Shown: positions 1 to 10,720, counted from the stretch's first letter. The stretch: 35,748 bases of DNA from Luminiphilus sp. (GCA_029251065.1 JAQXEB010000247.1:1-35748), one strand, 5' to 3'. Notes: a model not told the origin generated them from the letters alone. Program-made: numbers and translations.

Positions 1-276
1 GAAGGTGACATCAGCATGCCTTATCAGGCGACGAGTCTCACCACGATTGTGCAAATGGTAGCGAATGGAATCGGTACGACCTTGCTGCCCAAAATGGCAA
101 CGGATGCGGGTATTACCGATGGAACGGATTTGGTGCTTCGTTCTTTTGATGAGTCTGACGTAGGCCGACAGATTGGATTAATGTGGCGTAAAAAAACGCC
201 CCGGAAGCAGGAGTTCAATCTGCTCGGGGCGTTTATTCAAACCTGCCTCGGAGAGGAAGGCTTGACGTCAGCTTAG
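1..276 (+). CDS. oxyR: LysR-family transcriptional regulator, OxyR-like, C-terminal fragment (runs off the left edge)
   Basis: Frame is open from base 1. ATSLTTIVQMVANGIGTTLLP...RQIGLMWRK resembles the OxyR C-terminal effector domain. The redox cysteines would lie outside the window, so the symbol is tentative. Confidence 0.7.
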   Translation, partial: EGDISMPYQATSLTTIVQMVANGIGTTLLPKMATDAGITDGTDLVLRSFDESDVGRQIGLMWRKKTPRKQEFNLLGAFIQTCLGEEGLTSA

Positions 277-2843
277 AAGTTACGACGTAGCGTTGCACCG
301 TAGGTTCTAGGCTGATTTGGATAACCTGTGAGACTGCCGGTTTGTGCAACTGCAGGGAACCAGGTAATCAGCCATTCATCGTTAGTCAGGTTGCGCCCCC
401 AAATTCTGAGGTCCCAATCACCCCGCGTGAGCCCAAAACTTGCGTTGACCATGTTGACTTCACGTTCACGGAATCCACGTGACTCCAGCGCTATGTTATT
501 TAGAGACAAGTCACCGCCGCTGTTGATATCGACACTGCTGTCATGCTGGTAGTCCGCCTGAATAAAGCCGTCCATACCATTGATATTAAACGTATAGGTA
601 GCAATGGCACTGAGGCTTAGCTCGTGAACGCCAGCGGGTTTTAGACCCGTAAAGTCAGCCGGCTGACCGTTGAGCTGTGCGCCTGTGAAATCATCATAAA
701 TAGGATCGAGATACGTTGCAGAGACGGCGAGTGTCAGTGCCTCGGATGCGCGGACCATGAGATCCAGCTCTGCGCCCTTAGACGACCGCTTGCCTGCATT
801 AGTCAGTGAGAAGCCTGTGCCTAGGAAGGCGTTAGACTGGAAGCCTTCGATGCTCTGGTCGAAAATAGCCGCGTTCAGTGTTCCCCAGTCGGCAGAGTAC
901 TTAATGCCAAGCTCGACTGTTTCTGCTTCCTCGGGACCCGCAAGGCGTGTGCCGATCGTTAAGTTATTGGGCAGAACACCGCCGGCCGATAGAATCCCGT
1001 CACGCTCCTGCACGGTAGGGCGAGAGTCTCGAGAGAGGTTCCACGATGTGCCTTTGAAACCTGTGCCATAGGTAAAGTAGACATTGAGGTCATCCGAATA
1101 CGCGTGGGACAAACTAACGGTGTACGTGGTCTTGCTGTCGTTAGAGGTGCCAGGCTCTGCCGCATTCGGAATGCCGAGTAGCTGAGGCAGGAACTGAAGA
1201 CCTTCTAATCCCACGAATGGGTTGCTGTCAGTCGGTGCGATGGCTGCAACGGTGCCTGCTACGGTTTGTAGATACCCTGGAATTGCGGCCTGCGGAACGG
1301 CCGTGATAGCCGGGATGCCGGCCGCGGCAAATCCACCTGAGTACGCCAGATTCGTCAGCGCAGTGATGCCGTCAGCCCCTCGCAGACTGAGCTTAGAGAA
1401 AATATCATTATTTTCTTGCGACAACGTTATTTCTTTTTCGTCGTTCAGATAGTTAAGACCCACGGTTAAATCGGTCTTCGAAGACAGCGGAAAGGTGATT
1501 TGACCGAATGCGGAGTAACTCTCGTTCTCTTGAGTCGCCGTCTCAATGACGCCGTCGCCGTCTTGAAAGAACGTGCTCCCTGGGGCATAGCCCAGAAGGG
1601 CCTCCAATCCACCAATGACCGCTTCTCCTTCAGCGATGCCGCCACCCACCAACAGATTGATGTAGTTACGCCATTGGTCGCCAAATTCAATGCTGTTTTC
1701 AAAGTCGATTGATTCGTCAAAATAAAAGCCGCCCAGCAACCAGTCAGCGTTGCCCGCCGTGCCGGTTACGCGTATTTCTTGAGTGAAGGTCTTAATTTCT
1801 GTTTCGCCGGTGTTGTTGCCAATTACGTCAGCGGCCGTAAAGTCCACATCTGCCAAGGGCTGATCGAAATACGAGTCGCGATAGGCCGTAATGGAACGGA
1901 CATCCAGATCGCCCACCGAGGTCTGGTAATCGATGGTAATACCTGAATTCTCACCGGTATTGATCGTATCGACGTTTCCAAAGTGTTGGAAGTTAAACGC
2001 GTCTTCCGCGATGTATGGTTGCCCGGGAACCACTGATAGTGCGCCTAATGCAAATCCTGCAGGGCCATTGACGAGGTTGGCGGTTCCACAACATCGCTCA
2101 TCGAGCTCATCGTAATCAACAATGACACGAAGTTGGCTGGTTTCGCTGGTGTTGACGAGGAAGTCGGCGCGTGTGTTCCACCGGTCTCGATTGTTAAAGT
2201 CGGCACCGGTCGGAATATTGTCGAAGTAACCGTCTCGACTCAGCATGCTGCCACTGAGGCTAAACGCCACCGAGTCCGACAGTGGGCCGGTGTAAAAACC
2301 ACGGAGCGACTGTTGGCTGTAGTTACCAAAACCGACTTCCACAGAGCCGCGACTCTCAAACTCAGGCGCTTTAGTGGTCACCGAGATCACACCTGCGGAC
2401 GCATTTTTTCCGTAAAGCGTGCTCTGGGGTCCCCTGAGTACTTCAATTTGCTGGATATTGGGGAGATCAGAAATTCGAGCCTGCGAGCGCGATAAGTAAA
2501 CGCCATCGACGAAGACCGCCACCGAAGGCTCAATACCTGGGTTGTTTGCGCCATTACCAAAACCCCGAATAACGAAGTTGGTTTGAATGGAGTTCTGAAA
2601 CTGCGGAACCCGCAGTGAGGGCACTACGGTCTGTAAGTCTAAGAGATCTCGAATTTCGGCACGCTCCATCACCTCGCCAGTGACGACACTGACCGAGAGT
2701 GGAACGTCCTGAACTGACTGCGCGCGCTTGGTTGCGGTTACGACAACCTCTTCCATGGGCTGTTGCGCAAACGATTGCGCGCTCACGGCCGACAGAACGG
2801 CCGCTGCTAAGGTCAAAAATCGCATTTGCATGGGGACCACCAT
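273..2843 (-). CDS. TonB-dependent outer membrane receptor
   Basis: Signal peptide (..SAQSFA-Q), TonB box EEVVVTA, plug motifs VFVDGVY and IEVLRGPQSTLYGKNASAGVI, C-terminal PRTYGATLRRNF ending in Phe. The start could be 2843, 2831 or 2825. Confidence 0.95.
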   Translation of the reverse strand: MVVPMQMRFLTLAAAVLSAVSAQSFAQQPMEEVVVTATKRAQSVQDVPLSVSVVTGEVMERAEIRDLLDLQTVVPSLRVPQFQNSIQTNFVIRGFGNGANNPGIEPSVAVFVDGVYLSRSQARISDLPNIQQIEVLRGPQSTLYGKNASAGVISVTTKAPEFESRGSVEVGFGNYSQQSLRGFYTGPLSDSVAFSLSGSMLSRDGYFDNIPTGADFNNRDRWNTRADFLVNTSETSQLRVIVDYDELDERCCGTANLVNGPAGFALGALSVVPGQPYIAEDAFNFQHFGNVDTINTGENSGITIDYQTSVGDLDVRSITAYRDSYFDQPLADVDFTAADVIGNNTGETEIKTFTQEIRVTGTAGNADWLLGGFYFDESIDFENSIEFGDQWRNYINLLVGGGIAEGEAVIGGLEALLGYAPGSTFFQDGDGVIETATQENESYSAFGQITFPLSSKTDLTVGLNYLNDEKEITLSQENNDIFSKLSLRGADGITALTNLAYSGGFAAAGIPAITAVPQAAIPGYLQTVAGTVAAIAPTDSNPFVGLEGLQFLPQLLGIPNAAEPGTSNDSKTTYTVSLSHAYSDDLNVYFTYGTGFKGTSWNLSRDSRPTVQERDGILSAGGVLPNNLTIGTRLAGPEEAETVELGIKYSADWGTLNAAIFDQSIEGFQSNAFLGTGFSLTNAGKRSSKGAELDLMVRASEALTLAVSATYLDPIYDDFTGAQLNGQPADFTGLKPAGVHELSLSAIATYTFNINGMDGFIQADYQHDSSVDINSGGDLSLNNIALESRGFREREVNMVNASFGLTRGDWDLRIWGRNLTNDEWLITWFPAVAQTGSLTGYPNQPRTYGATLRRNF

Positions 2844-2959
2844 ATTATTTGTGAAGTTTTATTAAGTTATTGACCCGTACCGTAGCAATTGGACACCCAA
2901 GCGCCAAGCAATTTCTGATGAAGTCGAGACGTTTCGATGTAACTGAGCCTTCAGTGGAC

Positions 2960-5068
2960 TCAGGCTTGACGCGTGTGCTTAGTGCGGAAGGGCGTCGTGC
3001 CTTTGCCGCCTTTCACAATTCTGTGACGTTTTGGGGGTTGTCGGCTGGGCACGAGGTGCATCGGCCCATTACCGATCAGGTCTCTACGACCAATTTTTTT
3101 GAGGGCCTCGCGCAAGGCAGGCCAATTGTCAGGATCGTGGTAGCGTAAAAACGCTTTATGAAGTCGCCGCTGCTTGATACTGCGCACTGACGGGACGCTC
3201 TTGCTGTCACGACTGACTTTTTTGAGCGGATTTTTTTCGCTGTGATACATCGCGGTGGCGAGCGCCATAGGCGAGGGGTAAAACGTCTGAACTTGATCGG
3301 CTCTGAATTTATTTTGCTTGAGCCACAGCGCGAGGTTAACCATGTCGCTGTCCGTCGTTCCCGGGTGGGCTGCAATGAAATAGGGAATGAGGTACTGCTT
3401 TTTGCCTGCGGCTTTTGAGTACTTGTCAAATAATTGCTTAAACCGGTCGTAAGTCCCAATGCCCGGTTTCATCATTTGATCAAGCGGACCGTCTTCGGTG
3501 TGCTCGGGCGCAATTTTGAGGTAGCCGCCGACGTGGTGCGTGACGAGTTCCTTCACGTACTCGGGCGTCTCGACTGCGAGATCGTAACGAAGACCTGACG
3601 CGATCAGTACCTTTTTAACCCCGGGAATTGTTCTGGCTCGGCGATAGAGGTCGACCAAAGGGGTTTGATCAGTATTTAGGTTTTTACAGATGCCGGGGAA
3701 AACGCAACTGAGCTTTCGGCACTTGGCTTCAATCTCCTCGCTCTTGCACGCGAGACGCCACATGTTTGCTGTGGGTCCCCCAAGGTCGGAAATAACACCG
3801 GTAAAGCTGGGGCTCGTGTCCCGAATTTTTTCAATCTCGCGCACGATCGAGTCTTCGGAACGATTTTGAATGATTCTGCCTTCGTGTTCGGTAATCGAAC
3901 AAAAAGTACAGCCCCCAAAGCACCCGCGCATAATGTTGACCGAGTGCTGAATCATCTCGAGCGCCGGTATTTTGTGGTCACCGTAGGCCGGGTGAGGGCG
4001 GCGCTGGTAAGGCTGCTCAAACACCCAGTCGAGCTCCGGTGTCGACAGCGGAATGGGCGGAGGATTAAACCAAACGTGCCGTTCGCCGTGCGCCTGTATC
4101 AGTGCCAGCGCATTATGAGGATTAGTTTCCTTGTGCATCACCCGAGCGGTGTGGGCATAAAGGACCGGATCATCCTTGACCGCGTCAAAGCTGGGCAAGC
4201 GAATCACATCGGCGGTGGGATTACTGCTCGCCATGAGTGACACGGGTTGCGCCTCCACCGCGTCCTTCGAGACGGCGTTTTCGGCCTCAGAGTCACAGAC
4301 CTCAGGTTCCATGCCTTGGTAGGGGTTGAGTAACTTATCCACCTTGCCCGGTTCATCCACCGAGGTAGAGTCAATGACCCGATACCCCGGCAACGACTCC
4401 GAGGTCATGAAGGCTGTGCCGCGCAAGCCTTTTAGCTCGTCAATGCTCTTACCCTGCGCCAAGCCGTGTGCGAGGTCTACAATGGCGCGCTCAGCGTTGC
4501 CGTAAAGTAAAATATCGGCCTTGCTGTCAACCAGTACTGACCGTTTGACCTTGTCACTCCAATAGTCGTAATGCGCCATGCGCCTGAGACTGGCCTCGAT
4601 GCCACCAATGACCAACGGCACGTCCCGGTAAGCTTCGCGAGCACGTTGACTATAAACGGTTACCGCACGATCCGGACGCTTTCCGGCAATGTCGCCTGCG
4701 GTGTAAGCGTCATCATTGCGGCGTTTGCGGTCGGCGGTGTAGTGATTAATCATCGAGTCCATGTTGCCCGCGGCGACACCGAAGAATAGGTTCGGTTTGC
4801 CAAGTGCTCTAAAGGCATCTGCGCTTCGCCAATCGGGCTGTGAAATGATGCCGACACGAAAACCCTGGGCTTCAAGTACTCGACCGATGACCGCCATGCC
4901 AAAGCTTGGGTGATCAATATAGGCATCGCCTGTGATGATAATAATGTCGCAGCTGTCCCACCCCAGTGCATCCATTTCAGCACGCGACATCGGTAGCCAC
5001 GGGGCGGGCCCAAAGCATTCCGCCCAGTATTTGCGATGTGAAAAAATGTCGATCGGCTTCTCAGTCAC
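2960..5068 (-). CDS. ygiQ: YgiQ-family (UPF0313) radical SAM protein
   Basis: CxxxCxxC motif CFGGCTFC and family motifs [50 protein letters not shown] start overlaps the upstream stop (GTGA). Confidence 0.92.
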   Translation of the reverse strand: MTEKPIDIFSHRKYWAECFGPAPWLPMSRAEMDALGWDSCDIIIITGDAYIDHPSFGMAVIGRVLEAQGFRVGIISQPDWRSADAFRALGKPNLFFGVAAGNMDSMINHYTADRKRRNDDAYTAGDIAGKRPDRAVTVYSQRAREAYRDVPLVIGGIEASLRRMAHYDYWSDKVKRSVLVDSKADILLYGNAERAIVDLAHGLAQGKSIDELKGLRGTAFMTSESLPGYRVIDSTSVDEPGKVDKLLNPYQGMEPEVCDSEAENAVSKDAVEAQPVSLMASSNPTADVIRLPSFDAVKDDPVLYAHTARVMHKETNPHNALALIQAHGERHVWFNPPPIPLSTPELDWVFEQPYQRRPHPAYGDHKIPALEMIQHSVNIMRGCFGGCTFCSITEHEGRIIQNRSEDSIVREIEKIRDTSPSFTGVISDLGGPTANMWRLACKSEEIEAKCRKLSCVFPGICKNLNTDQTPLVDLYRRARTIPGVKKVLIASGLRYDLAVETPEYVKELVTHHVGGYLKIAPEHTEDGPLDQMMKPGIGTYDRFKQLFDKYSKAAGKKQYLIPYFIAAHPGTTDSDMVNLALWLKQNKFRADQVQTFYPSPMALATAMYHSEKNPLKKVSRDSKSVPSVRSIKQRRLHKAFLRYHDPDNWPALREALKKIGRRDLIGNGPMHLVPSRQPPKRHRIVKGGKGTTPFRTKHTRQA

Positions 5069-5928
5069 GGGAGTATCGGTTTCTGCTCTCTCAGTTCGTC
5101 TGGGATTTCCATTTCAGCGCCACAATGCTTACAAAAACGTGCATCCAGCGCATGGTCTGCGCCAGCGCAAACGTGGCAGTTCCAGGAAAGGGTTTGTGAG
5201 GCTCGTCGTGACCCCAATCTCTCCCACAGTTTACTAGTTATGATGGCCGTCGGCACGGCAAGAATAGAATAACCCACCAAAATACCAATTGATGCGACAA
5301 ATCGGCCCATGGGTGTCCCGGGAACTACGTCGCCATAACCCACGGTCGTAATCGTGACGACGGCCCAGTAAATGCTCATTGGGATACTGACAAAACCATG
5401 TTCAGGTCCGTCAATCACGTAGAGAAGGCAGCCGAAGACCACGACAGTGACCATGACCAGTGAGAAAAACACCAAGATCGAGCGCGAGGTCGCTCGAAGC
5501 ACGCCAATGATTTCGATGTATTCCTCGTGCAGTTCAAAGAGATGAAGAATCCGAAAGACGCGCAAGACACGAAGCAGCCGGATAACGATCAACGATGACG
5601 CCTCAGGAACGAAAAGGGTGAGAAAGGTCGGCAATATAGCCAATAGATCAACGACACCCCAGAAGCTAATGGCATAGGCCATGGGGTTGCGGGTGCACCA
5701 AAGTCGAGTGAGATACTCAATGGCAAAAACAAGCGTAAAACCGAGTTCTAACACTCGAAATAAATCACCGTAGGTGGCGTGATATGCATCCACTGAGTCG
5801 AACATAACAACAGCAACGCTTGCGAGAATCGTGACGAGAAGTGCAATATCGAATAAATTTCCGCCCCGAGTTTCGGTGCCGAAAATCACGGTTTCAACCG
5901 TATCGCGGATCGGTCGGGCATCATTCAT
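5065..5928 (-). CDS. Voltage-gated-type potassium channel (ion transporter) with C-terminal zinc ribbon
   Basis: Six hydrophobic segments, S4-like [10 protein letters not shown], selectivity filter TTVGYGD, C-terminal CHVC...CKHC. Confidence 0.92.
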   Translation of the reverse strand: MNDARPIRDTVETVIFGTETRGGNLFDIALLVTILASVAVVMFDSVDAYHATYGDLFRVLELGFTLVFAIEYLTRLWCTRNPMAYAISFWGVVDLLAILPTFLTLFVPEASSLIVIRLLRVLRVFRILHLFELHEEYIEIIGVLRATSRSILVFFSLVMVTVVVFGCLLYVIDGPEHGFVSIPMSIYWAVVTITTVGYGDVVPGTPMGRFVASIGILVGYSILAVPTAIITSKLWERLGSRRASQTLSWNCHVCAGADHALDARFCKHCGAEMEIPDELREQKPILP

Positions 5929-6580
5929 TGAGTGAGTCTCCGAGTAACGTGACCAGTGTTGGCCAGACCACGTTTAGAAGGAGCGGTTGCGCCTCGGCGT
6001 TAGGGTGAGTCCCGTCGCGCTGCATAAGCTGCTCAGATAAAAACACATGCTCTACGATAAACGGCAACACGGCGACGTCGTCTTGCTGTGCGACGAGTGC
6101 ATAACTGTCTCTGAACATTGTGGTGTAGCGTCGTCCTAAATTTGGAGGTGCTTCGGCTGCGAGCAGAAGAACCTTCGCGTTGGCACTTTTAGAGGCGCGA
6201 GTCATCTCGGTTAAGTGTGTGCGCATTTGTTTAATGGGGTAGGCACGCAGGCCGTCGTTGCCCCCGAGCTCTATAATGACAAGCGTCGGCTCGTGTTCCT
6301 TGAGCAGTGCGGGTAGTCTTCGTGCGCCTCCGCCGGTCGTATCACCGGAAATGCTGGCGTTGACGACGTTTGACTGGGGCGCATGTGTTTTTAGTTTTTG
6401 TGCCAGCAAGTGGACCCAACCCTGCTCCATGTTCATCCCGTAGGCAGCGCTCAGACTGTCCCCAAGCACAAGAACCTTTGGGGCTGTTGCTGCGATCGAG
6501 TGGCTTACACCCGTGAAAAGCAACAGTACCAATCCAACGCCAAGACGTTTTCGTAAGTGATGCCAGAGGTAGTAACGCAT
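5921..6580 (-). CDS. tesA: Arylesterase / acyl-CoA thioesterase I (GDSL/SGNH hydrolase)
   Basis: GDSLS, NASISGDTT, ELGGNDG and DGTHP blocks, preceded by a signal-like hydrophobic segment. Start placed at ATG 6580 (MRYYLW..), not the ORF-track 6781. Confidence 0.92.
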   Translation of the reverse strand: MRYYLWHHLRKRLGVGLVLLLFTGVSHSIAATAPKVLVLGDSLSAAYGMNMEQGWVHLLAQKLKTHAPQSNVVNASISGDTTGGGARRLPALLKEHEPTLVIIELGGNDGLRAYPIKQMRTHLTEMTRASKSANAKVLLLAAEAPPNLGRRYTTMFRDSYALVAQQDDVAVLPFIVEHVFLSEQLMQRDGTHPNAEAQPLLLNVVWPTLVTLLGDSLNE

Positions 6581-7244
6581 GATCAAAACATCCCAGTTGA
6601 GTAAACGAGTCAGCACCGCTGAGTCCGAACTTGAAATCCTGCGAGGGATCGAGTTGGAAATCAAGCAGGGTGAGACGGCGGCCATCGTCGGCGCGTCGGG
6701 ATCCGGCAAGTCGACGTTGTTAGGGTTGCTTGCAGGTCTTGATACGCCGAGTGCGGGGGCTATTTTGCTTGACGGTACCAATATTGTGAACTTGGACGAG
6801 GACCAGCGGGCAACACTTCGCAGTCAAAAGGTGGGGTTTGTGTTCCAAAGTTTCCAGTTGCTCCCTGCACTGACGGCGCTCGAGAACGTGATGCTGCCGC
6901 TCGAGCTTGCAGGTATTGCGCATGCGCGTGAAAAGTCTGAGGAGTTCCTTACACGTGTAGGTCTGGATGAGCGCTTGCACCATTACCCCAGAACACTCTC
7001 CGGTGGCGAGCAACAACGTGTTGCCATAGCGCGAGCCTTCGCATCGCAGCCCGTCATTTTATTCGCCGACGAGCCGACGGGTAATCTCGACACCGCTACG
7101 GGCGCGAACGTGATTGAACTCTTGTTTGGGCTTAACGAAGAGGAGGGGACGACCCTCGTCTTGGTGACCCACGACAACAGTTTGGCAGATCGTTGCCAGC
7201 GTAAATTCACCATGACCGCTGGGCAGTTAGAAGAGGCGTTATGA
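6579..7244 (+). CDS. ybbA: ABC transporter ATP-binding protein (YbbA/LolD-like)
   Basis: Walker A GASGSGKS, FVFQSFQL, LSGGEQQR, ADEPTGNLD, VTHD. SD AGAGGT at 6565-6570. Context is tesA-ybbA-ybbP. Confidence 0.9.
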   Translation: MIKTSQLSKRVSTAESELEILRGIELEIKQGETAAIVGASGSGKSTLLGLLAGLDTPSAGAILLDGTNIVNLDEDQRATLRSQKVGFVFQSFQLLPALTALENVMLPLELAGIAHAREKSEEFLTRVGLDERLHHYPRTLSGGEQQRVAIARAFASQPVILFADEPTGNLDTATGANVIELLFGLNEEEGTTLVLVTHDNSLADRCQRKFTMTAGQLEEAL

Positions 7245-9715
7245 AATCACCCATTGCCGCTTCTTTTAGGTTACTGCTTCGTGACTGGCGAGGTGGGGAG
7301 CTCGGTGTTCTTTTTAGCGCGTTATTACTAGCCGTCACGGTGGTGGTTGCCATCAGTGGCTTTGTTAATCGGCTGCAGTTCAATTTGGAACGTGAGTCGG
7401 CCAGTTTTCTGGCCGCTGATTTAGTGGTTTCGAGCGCCAAGCCCGTCCCGTTGGAATGGCGTGCGAAAGTCGACACTGAGGGCTTGCAGCGGGGGGAGAC
7501 CATCACATTTTCATCCATGGTGATCTCTGACAACGATGAAATGTTTCTTGCGTCAGTTAAAGCGGTGGGGGGCGGCTATCCGCTCAGAGGGTCGCTGTCT
7601 GTCGACGTTGGCTCGGCGCAGCCGTCGAGTCGTTTACCGGCTCCTGGAAGTGTGTTTCTTGCGCCACGACTGGTCCAGCAGTTGCGAGTTGCAGTCGGGG
7701 ACGCTGTCTATGTGGGTGATGCCACGTTGACGGTGACTGGAACCTTGCTCAGCGAGCCGGACTCAACGAGTGGTTTTTTCGGTTACGGGCCAAGACTGGT
7801 CATGAACTCAGCGGATTTGGACGCCACCGGCATTGTGCAGCCGGGAAGCCGCGTAACCTACCGGTTACTCGTTGCCGGCTCGTCAAATCAGCTTGAGTCT
7901 TTTCGAGACTGGGTTGATCCGCAGCTCACCCAAGGGCAGCGGTTACTGAGTGTGGACGAGTCACAGCCGGGTATCGGCGCGACACTGGAGCGCGCCAGAG
8001 GGTTTTTGTTACTCGCGGGCAGCTTGGGCGTGATGCTGGCAGCGGCCGCGATTTTAGTGGCTGCTCGACGATTCGGCGAGCGCCATACTGATCAAGTGGC
8101 CGTCATGAAAAGCCTCGGCGCCACCAAACGCATGATTCAGCAGCTCTACGCGCTGAGCCTCACCTGGCTCGGTCTTCTCTCTATTGTGTTGGGAAGTGGC
8201 ATCGGTTGGCTGGCACAGAGCGCAATGTTCAACGCGCTGGCCGATCAGCTGCCGGGTGAGATCAACCGCATTGGTGTGACGCCCTATCTGACGGGTGCTG
8301 TCACAGCACTGGTTTGCGTTGGGTTTTTTGCTTGGCCGCCGCTTGCGCGACTCGGGGGCGTCTCGCCACTGCGGGTCATTCGCCGAGAGACGACCATTGC
8401 CAATTCGACCCGCGCACTCGATTTGCTGCTGGGCGCCGCATCGCTGGGACTCTTGATGCTGTGGTACAGCCGCGACCTGCAATTAACGGCCGCGTTACTT
8501 GGGGCCGTTGCGATCACGGTTGGTCTGGGTTTTTTCGTGGCCCATGGTTTATTGGGTGGAACGCGTCAGATTGGCAGCAACGCCGGTAGCGTCTGGCGGC
8601 TCGCACTGGCCGGCATGCAGCGCAGAGGCAATTCGAGTGCGTTTCAGGTCGTGATATTCGGTATCGCAATCATGCTGTTGTTGGTGTTAACCGCGGTGCG
8701 AACAAGCCTTCTTGACCAGTGGCGGCTGCAGATTCCAGAGGGTACGCCCAATCACTTCGTGCTTAACGTGTCGCCCTCCGATGAGGCGCGACTGCTGACA
8801 TTTTTTAGCGAGAGAGAGATCGAAGTGGGTGAGCTGTATCCGGCCGCAAGAGGACGGGTTATGGCGGTTAATAATGCGCCCTTACCTGATCGCGATTCTG
8901 CTGAGGGTGGAGCGCGCCAGCGCGAGGCTAATTTTACCTCGACCGATACTGCACCTGAGGGAAATGAGATTGTCGAAGGTGCGTGGTGGAGCGTAGGCAC
9001 GGATGCTGCACTGGTGTCTTTGGAGGACGGGTTTGCACAAGATATCGGTGCGCGCGTGGGTGATCAGCTCACCATTCGCATTGCAGCTGACGAGTTCTCG
9101 GTCGAGGTGGCCAGCATTCGTAAAGTCAATTGGGAGTCAATGCAGCCTAACTTCTTTGTGATCTTCCCGGATCAATTATTACTGAAGTTCCCCAACATGT
9201 TGTTCACCAGCTTTTATCTCGAACCCGACGAGAAGCGCCGCGTAGGAGAGCTTCTCGATGTCATACCGACGCTGACCATCATAGAACTGGATGTGGCGAT
9301 CGCTGAGATCAAAACAATTATCGATCAAGTCAGTCAGGCCATTGAGCTGGTCTTAATTGTTATCCTCGTCGCAGGGGCCTTAGTGTTGATCGCTGGTGTG
9401 AGCGCCAGCGTCGATGAGCGTCTTCATGAAAGCGCTATTTTGAGAGCGTTGGGTGCCGGTCGTGGGACGCTCTTGGGAGCCGTTGCCATCGAATTTGCGG
9501 CGATGGGGTCGCTCGCTGGGGTGTTGGCGATTTTGGGATCGGAGGCTGCGGGCTGGGCGCTTCAAACGCAAATGCTGGAACTTGACTACCAAGTGCAGTG
9601 GATCCTGTGGCCCATGGGTATTGGCCTCGGGGCGATCATCATTGGTGGGCTGGGAACCTTTGCCTGTCGTCGTGTGGTGTCTGCACCGCCACTGAAGGTG
9701 CTCCGGGAGCTCTAG
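7241..9715 (+). CDS. ybbP: ABC transporter permease (YbbP, duplicated FtsX/MacB-type)
   Basis: 824 aa with two repeats of TM + periplasmic domain + TM bundle. Motifs RDWRGGEL, YPLRG, PNHFVLNV, WESMQPNFF, LRALGA. ATGA overlap with ybbA. Confidence 0.9.
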   Translation: MKSPIAASFRLLLRDWRGGELGVLFSALLLAVTVVVAISGFVNRLQFNLERESASFLAADLVVSSAKPVPLEWRAKVDTEGLQRGETITFSSMVISDNDEMFLASVKAVGGGYPLRGSLSVDVGSAQPSSRLPAPGSVFLAPRLVQQLRVAVGDAVYVGDATLTVTGTLLSEPDSTSGFFGYGPRLVMNSADLDATGIVQPGSRVTYRLLVAGSSNQLESFRDWVDPQLTQGQRLLSVDESQPGIGATLERARGFLLLAGSLGVMLAAAAILVAARRFGERHTDQVAVMKSLGATKRMIQQLYALSLTWLGLLSIVLGSGIGWLAQSAMFNALADQLPGEINRIGVTPYLTGAVTALVCVGFFAWPPLARLGGVSPLRVIRRETTIANSTRALDLLLGAASLGLLMLWYSRDLQLTAALLGAVAITVGLGFFVAHGLLGGTRQIGSNAGSVWRLALAGMQRRGNSSAFQVVIFGIAIMLLLVLTAVRTSLLDQWRLQIPEGTPNHFVLNVSPSDEARLLTFFSEREIEVGELYPAARGRVMAVNNAPLPDRDSAEGGARQREANFTSTDTAPEGNEIVEGAWWSVGTDAALVSLEDGFAQDIGARVGDQLTIRIAADEFSVEVASIRKVNWESMQPNFFVIFPDQLLLKFPNMLFTSFYLEPDEKRRVGELLDVIPTLTIIELDVAIAEIKTIIDQVSQAIELVLIVILVAGALVLIAGVSASVDERLHESAILRALGAGRGTLLGAVAIEFAAMGSLAGVLAILGSEAAGWALQTQMLELDYQVQWILWPMGIGLGAIIIGGLGTFACRRVVSAPPLKVLREL

Positions 9716-9739
9716 TGTGCACTCCCGGGCACCCAGGAT

Positions 9740-10720
9740 TTACCCGAGCAGGTGACGAACCGCCTCGCGTTCCTCACTGAGTTCTTGTGCGGTCGCATCC
9801 ATTCTTACGCGACTGAATTCGTTGATCTCAACGCCTTCGACGACTTGGTAGGCGCCGTCTTTACAGACGCACGGGAACGAATAAATCAAACCTTCTGGAA
9901 CACCATACGCACCGGTTGAAAGCACACCCATAGACGTCCAATCATTTTCCGCCGTTCCAAGCGCCCAGGTGCGCATATGGTCAATGGCGGCGTTTGCAGC
10001 CGACGCAGCCGACGAGGCCCCTCGCGCCTTAATAATCGCCGCGCCGCGCTGTTGCACGGTAGGGATGAACGTGTTTTCGAACCAGCCCTGATCCACTAAT
10101 TCGATCGCGGACTCGCCATTGATGCGAGTGTTGTAAAGGTCGGGGTACTGTGTTGCCGAGTGGTTGCCCCAAATGGTCATGTGGGTCACGTCTGTCGTTT
10201 GTGTCCCTGTCTTCTGCGCAATCTGCGTGATCGCACGGTTGTGGTCGAGTCGCGTCATCGCCGTGAACTGAGTGCCTGCAATGTCGGGCGCATTATGCAT
10301 CGCGATCAGCGCATTTGTGTTCGCAGGATTGCCCACGACCAACACTTTGATATTGCGACTCGCCACCGCGTTCATGGCCTGACCCTGCGCCGAAAAAATA
10401 GCCGCGTTGGCTTCTAAGAGGTCTTTTCTTTCCATACCGGGACCGCGCGGTCGCGCGCCTACTAAGAGCGCGTAATCGGTGTCGGCGAAGGCAACGTTTG
10501 GATCATCGCTACAGGTGATGCCAGCAAGTAAAGGAAAGGCGCAGTCGTCGAGTTCCATTCGCACACCCTCTAGCGCATCGAGGGCAGGGGTAATGTCCAG
10601 AAGATTGAGCCTTACTGGTTGGTCGTCGCCGAGCATCGCGCCTGAGGCGATTCGGAAAAGTAGCGCGTAACCAATTTGACCAGCTGCGCCTGTGACGGTG
10701 ACCGTAACGGGTGTCTTCAT
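9740..10720 (-). CDS. mdh: Malate dehydrogenase (NAD, cytosolic/type 2-like)
   Basis: [62 protein letters not shown] upstream. Confidence 0.97.
   Translation of the reverse strand: MKTPVTVTVTGAAGQIGYALLFRIASGAMLGDDQPVRLNLLDITPALDALEGVRMELDDCAFPLLAGITCSDDPNVAFADTDYALLVGARPRGPGMERKDLLEANAAIFSAQGQAMNAVASRNIKVLVVGNPANTNALIAMHNAPDIAGTQFTAMTRLDHNRAITQIAQKTGTQTTDVTHMTIWGNHSATQYPDLYNTRINGESAIELVDQGWFENTFIPTVQQRGAAIIKARGASSAASAANAAIDHMRTWALGTAENDWTSMGVLSTGAYGVPEGLIYSFPCVCKDGAYQVVEGVEINEFSRVRMDATAQELSEEREAVRHLLG

Noticed and set aside
2883-2899. Sigma54-like GG-N10-GC (TGGGTGTCCAATTGCT, minus strand) upstream of the TBDR
   Set aside because: The -24 element lacks the CAC core, and there is little room for an enhancer. 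A sigma70-type reading fits equally well.
2943-2966. Hairpin at the ygiQ stop as a terminator
   Set aside because: Short bulged stem with no U-tract on the minus strand.
6581-6781. 67-aa N-terminal extension of the tesA ORF in the ORF track
   Set aside because: It is the antisense read of the ybbA Walker A region. The signal-like peptide begins after ATG 6580.
9716-9739. Bidirectional terminator between ybbP and mdh
   Set aside because: Only a 4-bp GTGC/GCAC stem, with no T or A tracts.
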